DNA of 28,278 nucleotides, taken from assembly GCA_037917625.1 (NCBI GenBank), contig JAVCBY010000074.1:1-28278 (forward strand), written 5' to 3'. The notes beneath the pieces are model-generated. The model searched no databases and had not been told where the DNA came from. It saw nothing but the letters and a program-made list of their open reading frames with translations. This DNA is from Thermoproteota archaeon (lineage in GTDB: Archaea > Korarchaeota > Korarchaeia > Korarchaeales > Korarchaeaceae). Positions 8,728-17,912 of this stretch are shown one piece after another (the stretch's first letter is position 1; every line of letters begins with the position of its first letter). The position numbers and the translations under genes were made by a program.

Positions 8728-9663
8728 TTATTTTTCTCGGATTATTCTAGTTCCTGTTTTTCCATCAAGGGCATCTGTAGCTTTATCCAGGCTCGTTATT
8801 ATAGCGGTCTTGCCCGTCCGCTCAACGAACCTGATCGCCGCTAGCATTTTAGGTCCCATGTTGCCCGGTGGGAAGTGCCCTTCCTCATAGTACTTCTTCG
8901 CTTCCTCCAATGTGAGGGTATCTAGGAACTTCTGATTCTCCTTCTTGAAGTTTATAGCTACTTTCTCGACATCCGTCAATATCATGAACACCTCGGCCCC
9001 TAAGGAGGAAGCAAGTCTCTCTCCGGCCAGATCCTTATCTATGACAGCATCTACCCCCTCTAGCTCCTTCTCATCTACTACAGGTATTCCCCCTCCTCCT
9101 GAAGCTATCACTATTATCCCTGAATCCACCATCCTCCTTATTGCCTCTATTTCAACTTGTTTTATCGGATCTGGTGAGGGAACTACTCTCCTCCATCCCT
9201 TTCCTACATCGTACTTCATTACCCAGCCTAATTTATCCTTCTCCTTGGCCTCCTCCTCACTGTACCACGGACCTATGAACTTCGTGGGATTCTTGAAGGC
9301 CCGATCATTCCTATCGACGAGGACTTGAGTGATGACAGTTACTACTGGCATATCAATTCCCGCTTTCCTAAGCTCATTTATCAGAGATTGCTGGATCATA
9401 TAGCCTATCAGCCCTTGGCTCATAGCACCACAAGCGTACAGAGGCATCGCGGGAACCTGAGAGGATCCTGCTTCTTGTTGAAGCAGTATAGCACCGACTT
9501 GAGGGCCATTACCATGAGTTATAACGACTTTGTACCCCCTCTTTATGAGCTCAACTATCTGCTTGGCAGTTAGCCTAGCGTTAGCTAGTTGCTCCTCGAA
9601 GGTCCCCTTCTGCCCGTATTGGAGGAGAGCATTGCCTCCCAAGGCTATAGTGAGTAGGCTCAT
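8728..9663 (-). CDS. arcC: Carbamate kinase
   Basis: [47 protein letters not shown] and G.MGPK. Confidence 0.97.
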   Translation of the reverse strand: MSLLTIALGGNALLQYGQKGTFEEQLANARLTAKQIVELIKRGYKVVITHGNGPQVGAILLQQEAGSSQVPAMPLYACGAMSQGLIGYMIQQSLINELRKAGIDMPVVTVITQVLVDRNDRAFKNPTKFIGPWYSEEEAKEKDKLGWVMKYDVGKGWRRVVPSPDPIKQVEIEAIRRMVDSGIIVIASGGGGIPVVDEKELEGVDAVIDKDLAGERLASSLGAEVFMILTDVEKVAINFKKENQKFLDTLTLEEAKKYYEEGHFPPGNMGPKMLAAIRFVERTGKTAIITSLDKATDALDGKTGTRIIREK

Positions 9664-9705
9664 GGGACCACCCTGTAATTGAAAAATAAAAATATTAGAT
9701 CAATA

Positions 9706-10644
9706 TTAGATCAAAGCAGCTAATATAGCTGCTTCAGTCCAGAGCCTGTTCTCGGCCTGATCGAAGACAACTGACCACTTGCCCTCTATCACATCCTCAG
9801 TCATCTCATTTCCCCTGTATGCTGGGAGGCAGTGCATGAATATAGCATTCTCTTTAGCTAGGCCCATTATCTCAGGTGTAACGGTAAAGGGAGCGAAATC
9901 CTCCTTCCTCTTATCCTTAGTCTCCTCAGGCTTCCCCATGCTCCACCATGTATTCGCATATACTATATCAGCTCCTTTGACAGCCTCCCTAAGATCGTGA
10001 ACTATCTCGAGCTTAGTTCCTCTACGAGCGGCCTCCCTCTCGCCGAACTTCCATATCTCCTCGATCGGATTGTACCCACGGGGGACTGCTAGTACTAAAT
10101 CCATGCCGAATAGCGGCGCTGTAGCTATTAGAGAGTGAGCGACATTCCATACATCCCCAGTATAGACAATCTTAAGGCCATCCCACCTCCCAAACTTCTC
10201 CTTTATTGTCATGAGATCGGCTAAGGCTTGACATGGGTGCTCCTCATCTGAGAGAGCATTTATCACGGGATTCTTCATGTAGTTAGCGTACTCCACTATC
10301 TCCTCCTGACCGAAGGTCCTTATGACGAGGGCATCATAGTACCTGTCTAGAACTCTAGCGGTATCCTTGATTGGCTCTCCTCTCTGGAGTTGGAGTTCAT
10401 CTGGTCTCATATAGACAGAGAATCCGCCTAATCTAAAGACAGCTGCCTGAAATGAGTTTCTAGTCCTCGTTGATGGTTTCTTGAAGAGGAGAGCTACTGA
10501 TTTGCCCTCGAGGGGTCTGACCCTTATACCGGAGTACCACATCTTCTTCAAATCGATGGACATCTGGATAAGGTATTCGAGCTCCTCCCTCGTGTAATCC
10601 CTCGTGGTTATATAATCTCTACCCTTCAAGTCGAACAGAGCCAT
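9706..10644 (-). CDS. argF: Ornithine carbamoyltransferase-family enzyme (substrate loop atypical)
   Basis: PSTRTR, HPCQALAD, W.SMG, HCLPAYRG.E and FDQAENR. Confidence 0.88.
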   Translation of the reverse strand: MALFDLKGRDYITTRDYTREELEYLIQMSIDLKKMWYSGIRVRPLEGKSVALLFKKPSTRTRNSFQAAVFRLGGFSVYMRPDELQLQRGEPIKDTARVLDRYYDALVIRTFGQEEIVEYANYMKNPVINALSDEEHPCQALADLMTIKEKFGRWDGLKIVYTGDVWNVAHSLIATAPLFGMDLVLAVPRGYNPIEEIWKFGEREAARRGTKLEIVHDLREAVKGADIVYANTWWSMGKPEETKDKRKEDFAPFTVTPEIMGLAKENAIFMHCLPAYRGNEMTEDVIEGKWSVVFDQAENRLWTEAAILAALI

Positions 10645-10772
10645 GGAATCACCCCTCAGGGGCTCCGGAGAATTATTAAAAACTTTTGTTTAGAATATGG
10701 ATATCTTACCGACCAAATAAGAAAGAATTTGTTAGAAAAATCCGCAGGATAGCTTCGAAGAATTTACTCAAA

Positions 10773-10782
10773 CTTTATAAAG
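10773..10782 (+). promoter_or_regulatory. TATA box for the LIV-type ABC operon
   Basis: CTTTATAAAG about 30 nt upstream of the SD GGGGGTG (10812-10818) of the substrate-binding protein gene. Confidence 0.55.
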
Positions 10783-10825
10783 AAGGTCGAGCGAGATGAG
10801 TACCTAGCGCAGGGGGTGTTTTTTC

Positions 10826-12028
10826 ATGGCTATGAGTAGAAGCGCTCTAATAGGTCTCGTGGTTGTAATTATAGTAATAGCAGCAGCCGCATTTTTCCTA
10901 ACGATGCAACCTACGGAAGGTGGAACCGTTAAGATCGGGCTTATCGCCCCATTAACAGGAGGCTTAGCCGAGCACGGACTTGATATGAAACAGGCAGCTC
11001 TCCTAGCTGTAGAGGAGATAAACTCTAAGGGTGGGATTTTAGGAAAGAAAGTGGAGCTCGTCGTAGAGGATACAGCTTGCAAGGCTGATTTAGGCACGGC
11101 AGCTGTCCAGAAGATGATAACTCAGGATAACGTTTATGCTATAGTAGGGGAGTACTGCTCAACTGTTACTTTAGCAGTTCAGCCGACGATCATGGAGAAT
11201 AAGAAGCTCCTCCTCGTGCCTGTATCTGTAGCAACTAAGATAACTGAGCAGGGCTACAAGTACACTTTCAGGAGTTGCGCTAATCAATGGATGCAAACGA
11301 CTCAACATGCCGATTGGGTAGTTGAGCATTTGAAGCCCAAGACTGCAGCTATGTTGGGAGTAAACGATGACTACGGGAGAGAGGGACTCAAGATCTGGGG
11401 AGAAAGAGTGAAGGCGAAGGGTGTGACAATAGTTGCGGAGGAATATTTTGATGCTGGAACTACGGATTTCACGCCTCAGCTCTCAAAGATAAAGGCTGCT
11501 AATCCGGATGTGATATTCGTAGTTGCTAACATAAGGGACGCCGCTAACATACTGAAGCAAGCCCATGAGATAGGCCTCTACAAACAGTTCAGTATGTTAG
11601 GTGGTGTCACAAGTGAGGAGTTCCTCAAATTAGCCGGTGATGATGCTATAGGACTCGTTCATGTCAGTTACTTTGAACCGACATCCAAGAGGCCTGCTGC
11701 TCAAGAGTTCGTTCAGAAGTTCATTCAGAAGTGGAATAGGATGCCTGCTATGTATGCCGCAGGTGTCTGGGATGCGTTCATGACGCTAAAATATGGGGTT
11801 GAGAAAGCTGGGACATGGGATGTCGATAAGGTAGCTGAAGCGATCAAGACTTTGAGGTTTGAGGGAGCTCAGGGAACGATATACTACGATGAGAAGGGTC
11901 AAGCTCAGACTAAGGTCCTCTTAGTGCAAGTGCAGAAGGTCGACGGGAAGCTCAAGAGGGTCATCCTCTACCCAGATTCCGATAAAGAAGGAGAGTACAT
12001 ACCTCCTGAGAAGCTTCATGGTGGCTGA
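10826..12028 (+). CDS. livK: LIV/HAAT-family ABC transporter substrate-binding protein
   Basis: N-terminal membrane anchor, KIGLIAPLTG, AVEEINSKGGILGKKVELVVED, DDYG and TDFTPQLSKIKAANPD. Actual substrate unknown. Confidence 0.92.
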   Translation: MAMSRSALIGLVVVIIVIAAAAFFLTMQPTEGGTVKIGLIAPLTGGLAEHGLDMKQAALLAVEEINSKGGILGKKVELVVEDTACKADLGTAAVQKMITQDNVYAIVGEYCSTVTLAVQPTIMENKKLLLVPVSVATKITEQGYKYTFRSCANQWMQTTQHADWVVEHLKPKTAAMLGVNDDYGREGLKIWGERVKAKGVTIVAEEYFDAGTTDFTPQLSKIKAANPDVIFVVANIRDAANILKQAHEIGLYKQFSMLGGVTSEEFLKLAGDDAIGLVHVSYFEPTSKRPAAQEFVQKFIQKWNRMPAMYAAGVWDAFMTLKYGVEKAGTWDVDKVAEAIKTLRFEGAQGTIYYDEKGQAQTKVLLVQVQKVDGKLKRVILYPDSDKEGEYIPPEKLHGG

Positions 12029-12064
12029 TACTCAAAATTCATCTTTTTTATCGGGGGTGTTAAC

Positions 12065-12976
12065 TTGCTCTCCACCTCACTCCTAGTAGAGCAGACGCTC
12101 CTGGGCCTAATGATGGGCGGTATTTACGCTGCGATAGGCGTCGGGCTGACAATGATATTCGGGGTGATGAAGCTTAGCAACTTCGCCCATGGCGAGTTCT
12201 ACATGCTGGGGGCCTTCCTTACCTACACACTGGTCAGCGCCCTGGGCAGCGATCCCTACGTAGTCGCACCTCTAGCAGCAGTAGCTGTTGGATTTTTAGG
12301 GATAATTCTCAATAAACTGATCTTCTTATCACTCTATAGAGAGCTTAGAGAGGCTAAAGGAGCAGCAGCTTTCTTTTTCCAGGACTTAAGATTCATCATG
12401 CTGACGATAGGGCTCTCGATACTCTTCGTAGATCTTGCATTGGTTATCTGGGGGCCCATCCCTATAGCGATACCCAGCGCCCTCACATCACATATAATAA
12501 AGCTTCCGGGAGGGCTTTCCTTCTCTCTAGCGAGGATAATGACTTTCTTCATGGCTTTAGCTTCATTGAGCATATTATACATATTCCTCAAGGCGACTAA
12601 GACGGGGAAGGCGATAAGGGCTACTGCTCAGAACCCATCAGCAGCCGCCTTAGTGGGGGTAGACACCTACAGGATATACGATGTAACGATGCTGATTTCC
12701 ACCGCCTTAGCAGCACTAGCTGGAGGGATCTTGGGACCCATATACAATGTATATCCGACTATGGGATTGGATGTCGTTGCTAAAGCCTTTGTAGTCGTAA
12801 TAACGGGAGGTATGGGCAATATAGTCGGTAGTATACTTGCTGGATTCCTCATAGGGCTTGCCGAGGGCTTAGGAGGTGTATTCCTCGGGACTGAGTATAG
12901 GCAAGTGGTAGCCTTCATCATAATGATCTTAGTCCTCTGGTTCAGACCTAAGGGCATTTTAGGAGGGAGGAGCTGA
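12065..12976 (+). CDS. livH: LIV-type ABC permease
   Basis: GLTMIFGVMKLSNFAHGEFYMLGA, TKTGKAIRATAQN...A.LVGV and KAFVVVITGGMG. TTG start with SD GGGGGTG. Confidence 0.94.
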   Translation: MLSTSLLVEQTLLGLMMGGIYAAIGVGLTMIFGVMKLSNFAHGEFYMLGAFLTYTLVSALGSDPYVVAPLAAVAVGFLGIILNKLIFLSLYRELREAKGAAAFFFQDLRFIMLTIGLSILFVDLALVIWGPIPIAIPSALTSHIIKLPGGLSFSLARIMTFFMALASLSILYIFLKATKTGKAIRATAQNPSAAALVGVDTYRIYDVTMLISTALAALAGGILGPIYNVYPTMGLDVVAKAFVVVITGGMGNIVGSILAGFLIGLAEGLGGVFLGTEYRQVVAFIIMILVLWFRPKGILGGRS

Positions 12977-13929
12977 TGTTAGGGATAACTAGGGATCTCG
13001 TAATTAAGGATCTCAAATATTACGTTTTAGTATTTATCCTACTTCTTCCCCTGCCTCTAGCCGGGGATTACGTTACTCATATAGCGATAATGATAATGCT
13101 TTACTCGATAACGGCAGCTAGCTTAGATATCCTAGTGGGTTACACGGGGAGGCTCTCACTGGGACATGCGGCATTCTACGCTATAGGTGCCTATACATCG
13201 ACCCTGCTCAGCATGAACCTCAACGTTAGTCCCTGGATAGGAATCGTAATTGGCGGTATACTGGCCTCGTTGTTCGGGTTGATACTTGGAATTCCATCTT
13301 TAAAGCTGAAAGGCCCTTATCTCGCTATTTCAACATTAGGTTTTGGCGTGATAGTTCAACTGATGTTGATAAACCTTGATTGGCTCACTAGAGGACCTAT
13401 AGGAATACCGAACATCCCTCCGCTCCCAGGAGGGCCTATAGATCTCAGGATAAAGTCTTCATTTTATTACATCGCCCTGATATTGACTCTTCTCAGTATC
13501 TCCTTCCTGCATCTACTCACTAAGTCGAGAGTGGGTAAGATATTAGTGTCAATAAGGGAGGACGAGGATGCAGCCCTCTCCGTCGGAGTTAACGTACCAT
13601 TCTTCAAGATCTTAGCCTTCATCATAGCGACGTTCTTTGCAGGTCTCTCAGGTGGTCTCTACGCTCATTATATAAGGTACATAAGCCCCGCGATGTCCGC
13701 GCTCTCTGAATCAATAAACATACTTTCCATGACGATAATAGGTGGATTCGGAACTTTAATAGGCCCGTTGATGGGAGCAGCTTTGCTCACAATCCTTCAG
13801 GAAGTCCTAAGGCCTTACCTGGAGTATAGGTATCTCATATACGGTGGCCTCATAGTGATAGTGATGAAGTTCTTCCCTTCAGGGATCTATGGGCTCCTCC
13901 AATTCATAATCAGGAAGGTGAGAGGGTGA
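12976..13929 (+). CDS. livM: LIV-type ABC permease
   Basis: [46 protein letters not shown] and [11 protein letters not shown]. Confidence 0.94.
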   Translation: MLGITRDLVIKDLKYYVLVFILLLPLPLAGDYVTHIAIMIMLYSITAASLDILVGYTGRLSLGHAAFYAIGAYTSTLLSMNLNVSPWIGIVIGGILASLFGLILGIPSLKLKGPYLAISTLGFGVIVQLMLINLDWLTRGPIGIPNIPPLPGGPIDLRIKSSFYYIALILTLLSISFLHLLTKSRVGKILVSIREDEDAALSVGVNVPFFKILAFIIATFFAGLSGGLYAHYIRYISPAMSALSESINILSMTIIGGFGTLIGPLMGAALLTILQEVLRPYLEYRYLIYGGLIVIVMKFFPSGIYGLLQFIIRKVRG

Positions 13930-14666
13930 TATTGGAGATTAATAATGTCACTAAGAGATTCGGAGGGCTTGTAGCTGTAGATGACGTCACCTTCAGTGTC
14001 AAAGAGGGGGAGATATTCGGGATAATAGGCCCTAATGGTGCAGGTAAGACTACGCTATTCAACGTGATAACTGGCTTCTATAAGCCAGATAGGGGCAAGG
14101 TCCTCTTTCAGGGCAATGAGATAACTGGAAAAAAGCCGAATGAGATAGCTAAAATGGGACTCTTGAGGACTTGGCAGATAGTCAGGCCCTTCCTAGGGAT
14201 GAAGGTGATAGATAATGTGCTCGTCCCCATATACGTGAAGAAGGGTATAGTCAGAGGCATCACCGAAAGTGAGGCAATTGAGAGAGCTAATGAGATCTTA
14301 GAATTCGTGGGATTAGCTCATAGGAGGGATTTTCTAGCGGAAGCACTGCCTCAAGGTGAGAGAAAGAGGCTTGAGATAGCTAGAGCCCTCGCATCAGAGC
14401 CGAGATTGCTCATGTTGGATGAGCCCGCTGGAGGCCTTACCCCTACTGAGATGGATGAGGTGATGGATGTAGTGAGAAGATTGAGGGAATCCGGCATGAC
14501 TATAGTAGTGATAGAGCACAACATGAGGGTCATAATGGGGATATGCGAGAGGGTAATAGTCCTGAATTTCGGGAGGAAGATCGCTGAAGGAACTCCTGAG
14601 GAAATAGGGAGGAATGAAGAGGTGATAAAGGCTTATTTGGGGGAGAGGTTCCATGTTGGAGGTTAG
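13926..14666 (+). CDS. livG: LIV-type ABC ATP-binding protein
   Basis: [37 protein letters not shown] and C-terminal VIKAYLG. Confidence 0.95.
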   Translation: MILEINNVTKRFGGLVAVDDVTFSVKEGEIFGIIGPNGAGKTTLFNVITGFYKPDRGKVLFQGNEITGKKPNEIAKMGLLRTWQIVRPFLGMKVIDNVLVPIYVKKGIVRGITESEAIERANEILEFVGLAHRRDFLAEALPQGERKRLEIARALASEPRLLMLDEPAGGLTPTEMDEVMDVVRRLRESGMTIVVIEHNMRVIMGICERVIVLNFGRKIAEGTPEEIGRNEEVIKAYLGERFHVGG

Positions 14667-15360
14667 GGATGTATCTGCATCTTACGGGAGGGCATTAGCT
14701 CTTAAGAATGTCTCGCTAAGGGTTGAGAGAGGCGAAATAGTATCTCTGATAGGAGCTAATGGTGCAGGTAAGACGACTACTCTAAGAGTGATCTCTGGTC
14801 TCTTAAGGCCTAACAGCGGCGATATAATAATGGATGGTCAGAGCATAGCTGGTAAGGAGCCCTTCCAAATCGCATCGTTGGGCCTCATACATGTCCCAGA
14901 GGGGAGAGGGCTCTTCCCCGAGATGACTGTCATTGAGAACCTCGAAATGGGGGCTTTCTTAAGGAAGGACAAAGAAGGCGTGAAACGCGACCTCGAGTTC
15001 GTCTACTCCCTCTTCCCGATCCTGAAGGAGAGGGGAAAGCAGTTAGCCGGGACCCTGAGCGGAGGGGAGCAGCAGATGCTAGCTATAGCTAAGGGCCTAA
15101 TGGGAGCTCCGAGGATCTTATTGCTCGATGAACCATCGCTTGGACTCTCACCCATAATGGTCGATAGGATATTCGATGCGATACAACAGATAAATAGGGA
15201 GAGAGGGATATCCATTTTAATAGCTGAGCAAAACGCCTACATGGCTCTAAATATCAGCCATAGAGCATATGTAATCGAAAACGGAACTACTGTCATGGAG
15301 GGCGCTGGAAGGGAACTTCTAGGAAATGAGCATGTGAAGAAGGCATATTTGGGGATCTAA
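14653..15360 (+). CDS. livF: LIV-type ABC ATP-binding protein
   Basis: GANGAGKT, VPEGRGLF, LSGGEQQMLA, LDEPSLGL and EQNA. Confidence 0.95.
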   Translation: MLEVRDVSASYGRALALKNVSLRVERGEIVSLIGANGAGKTTTLRVISGLLRPNSGDIIMDGQSIAGKEPFQIASLGLIHVPEGRGLFPEMTVIENLEMGAFLRKDKEGVKRDLEFVYSLFPILKERGKQLAGTLSGGEQQMLAIAKGLMGAPRILLLDEPSLGLSPIMVDRIFDAIQQINRERGISILIAEQNAYMALNISHRAYVIENGTTVMEGAGRELLGNEHVKKAYLGI

Positions 15361-15363
15361 ATA

Positions 15364-16788
15364 CTATTCGGGGACGCTGTACCTCTCTATTATCTCTTTT
15401 ATATCTAATAGCTCTACTTCCAATCCCCTCAAGCTGCTCAGATATTTCGCTGCTTTCGCGGAATTCGTGGTCACTTTCTTGACCCCCAATTCCTCGAGAG
15501 GGGAAACGACCATACAAGTATCATACCATATATTAGCTCCGAACCTCTCAATCTTCCACTTTAAACTCTCTATTATGGGCATGAATGCTCTAGCTGTGAA
15601 TATCCAGAATCTGACGAGTGCTTTCCTCCCATTCATCAGCTCCGAGAGCTCCTTAATCTCCTGAAGGGATAGATGAGGGCAACCGAGCACTACGAGATCA
15701 GTATCCCCATCAAAGGAGCTTAACTCCTCACACAGGTTCAATAAATCTCTCTTAGTGACTTGAATAGATCTCGTAACATCAGAGGCCTTGTTAGGAGTGA
15801 TCCCAGGTATGTGATACATTTCTATCGAGCCTGAGGCTGCACCAGCGGCTGCTAATGCCTTCAATTCTGGTAGAGAAGCCCTCTTAACGTTGTAGATGGG
15901 TACTGGATTGGGATAGTGAAGCCCTATGTAGTATGCGAGTAAGTAGTAGTGTAGTAAGTTCTCGAGGGGCTCCGGATAGACCGCTAAGTTGGGCAACCTA
16001 TTCTCATCTAAATGTTTCCCGTAAAGAGGAGTGTATCCCGTGGCTGCTGCTACTATCGTCTTCGTGGCCCCTTCTCTGTTCGATCTAGCCCCTATAACGC
16101 TGTTTATGAAAGCTACAGCGCTAGACTCACCCCAACAGACGCTCTCACCGTAAACCGGGAGGTTGCCAGAGAGATAGGGAGTACATGTGAAGGTCGGTAG
16201 GGCCCCCATTTCAATGAGCGAATCGACTATCTCTACTTGCTTCCTCGCGAAGTCCTCCGGTATTCCCATATCCCTCCAGCTAATTAGATCCATCCCAGCG
16301 GGATTCGTCGTAGCAGTCACCTTGAACTTTATCTTGCTCGCAATTTCCGATAACCATTCCCTCCCAGCATCCCCTATCGTAGCATAGGATACGCCTGATA
16401 TATGGACTGATCTGATCCTCGTGAACCCCTGAGCCCCTGAGATGGATGCCTCCCTCTCCAGATATCTCTTTAAGCTCTCATTTATCTCCTCATCCTCAAG
16501 TTTCACTTCCTTAACCCCTTTAAGCTCGACAGGTATCCCAGCGAGTTCAGCAGCTATTGTGACACTATCTGGTTCCTCTAGAATTATCTTCAATGGTGCG
16601 GTGTTATTTCTCTTCAGCGTGAAGAAGATATAAGCTCCTACCGTCGAGCCCGTGGATCCCCTTAACCTTATGACCCTGCCGGCGATACTCTCCCCCCTCT
16701 GAGGGTGGCCCTCCTGCACTATCCTACCTGTCCTCACGTCTATACCATCGAGCCAGGAGATAGGTGCGCTTAACGTGAGCTCGCTCAA
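15364..16788 (-). CDS. Aconitase X, fused swivel (DUF126) and catalytic (DUF521) domains; probable phosphomevalonate dehydratase
   Basis: N-terminal PISWLDGID..TG.I...HP..GESIAG...GSTVG; then HISGVSYATIG, TTNPAGMD, TCTPY, W.ESSA...NS..GAR.NRE, GCPH, DTCMVVSP and TNSAKAA.Y. The TTG start overlaps the upstream TGA. Confidence 0.88.
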   Translation of the reverse strand: MSELTLSAPISWLDGIDVRTGRIVQEGHPQRGESIAGRVIRLRGSTGSTVGAYIFFTLKRNNTAPLKIILEEPDSVTIAAELAGIPVELKGVKEVKLEDEEINESLKRYLEREASISGAQGFTRIRSVHISGVSYATIGDAGREWLSEIASKIKFKVTATTNPAGMDLISWRDMGIPEDFARKQVEIVDSLIEMGALPTFTCTPYLSGNLPVYGESVCWGESSAVAFINSVIGARSNREGATKTIVAAATGYTPLYGKHLDENRLPNLAVYPEPLENLLHYYLLAYYIGLHYPNPVPIYNVKRASLPELKALAAAGAASGSIEMYHIPGITPNKASDVTRSIQVTKRDLLNLCEELSSFDGDTDLVVLGCPHLSLQEIKELSELMNGRKALVRFWIFTARAFMPIIESLKWKIERFGANIWYDTCMVVSPLEELGVKKVTTNSAKAAKYLSSLRGLEVELLDIKEIIERYSVPE

Positions 16789-17867
16789 AGCTCTTGGAAC
16801 CCCCTCACTATTTTGGAATCCATCTTCCTGACGAGAGCTGAGAGTAGCTTAATTGCAGCTTCAACATCATCCGGAGAGAGTATTGAGCTATGAGAATGTA
16901 TATGCCTCGTAGGAATTCCTAGAACGACTGATGGAACCCCCTTACTGTGCAAATGAACTCTTCCAGCATCCGTCCCTCCTTTGACCGCTGAGAGCTGATA
17001 GGGAATGTTCTCCTCTTCCGCGACTTCTATCACGAACTCCCTCAGCTTGAAGTTCGGTATCATACTCCTATCCCAAGTTATTATTGAGACGCCCTCCCCC
17101 ATCTTCGCTGGGGCCTCGGCTGGAGATATCCCCGGAGAGTCACCAGCTATATCGACATCTACCGCGATGAAGACATCAGGATTGACCACATCAGCTGCTG
17201 TCTCAGCGCCTCTCAATCCGACCTCCTCCTGCACAGTCGCGACAGCATAGTAGGTATTGGGATGATCAACTCCCCTCTCCTTCAGATCTCTGAGTACTTC
17301 CATGACGACTAAAGTGCCGACTCTATCATCGAAGGCCTTCCCAAGCCAGGCCTTCCCTCCTCTCAATACCTCAAAGGGCGCTAGAGGGGCGACTGGATCC
17401 CCTATCCTTATCCCCATCTCCTTCACTTGATCCTTATTCTTGGCTCCTACGTCTATGAAGAGATCCTTCATCTCGATGGGCTTATTCCTCTCCTCAGGGG
17501 TCATCAAGTGAGGGGGCTTACTAGTGATCACCCCCACGTGATCCCCCTTCTTCGTCCTCACGATGACCCTCTGGGCTGGTAGTGTCGTTGAGGCCCATCC
17601 ACCTAGCGTTTCGAACTTCAGGAATCCGTTATCCTCTATTGAGACTATTATGAATCCTATCTCATCGACATGACCAGCGGCCATGACCTTTGGTCCCTCA
17701 ATTTCCCCAGGTTTCCTTAATATGAGAGATCCGAGACCGTCTCTTATTGAACTCTCTGAAAAAACTAAGTATCTCTCCTTGATTAAGCTAATTGGCTCAG
17801 ATTCGAACCCGGATGGGCCAAAACTCTCCGAGAGTCTGGAGAAGAAGCTCACTAACTCGTCGTCCAT
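16785..17867 (-). CDS. M42-family (TET-type) aminopeptidase
   Basis: GPSGFE, AGHVDEIG, KAFDDRVG, TVQEEVGLRGA, GGTDAG and PTRHIHS. Likely start ATG17867; the ORF track extends to 17882. Confidence 0.95.
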   Translation of the reverse strand: MDDELVSFFSRLSESFGPSGFESEPISLIKERYLVFSESSIRDGLGSLILRKPGEIEGPKVMAAGHVDEIGFIIVSIEDNGFLKFETLGGWASTTLPAQRVIVRTKKGDHVGVITSKPPHLMTPEERNKPIEMKDLFIDVGAKNKDQVKEMGIRIGDPVAPLAPFEVLRGGKAWLGKAFDDRVGTLVVMEVLRDLKERGVDHPNTYYAVATVQEEVGLRGAETAADVVNPDVFIAVDVDIAGDSPGISPAEAPAKMGEGVSIITWDRSMIPNFKLREFVIEVAEEENIPYQLSAVKGGTDAGRVHLHSKGVPSVVLGIPTRHIHSHSSILSPDDVEAAIKLLSALVRKMDSKIVRGFQEL

Positions 17868-17885
17868 AAGTCTAATGACCATATG

Positions 17886-17893
17886 TATAAATT
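17886..17893. promoter_or_regulatory. Shared TATA element between the divergent M42 and SIS genes
   Basis: TATAAATT on + and TTTATA on -, each about 19-23 nt from the respective ATG (17867 and 17913/17916). No SD on either side. Confidence 0.45.
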
Positions 17894-17912
17894 AACTTTA
17901 TTCGATGTAGCG

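Noticed and set aside
10796-10807. Mini-ORF MST* upstream of livK
   Set aside because: No SD, no informative codons, and it probably begins before the transcription start implied by the TATA at 10773-10782.
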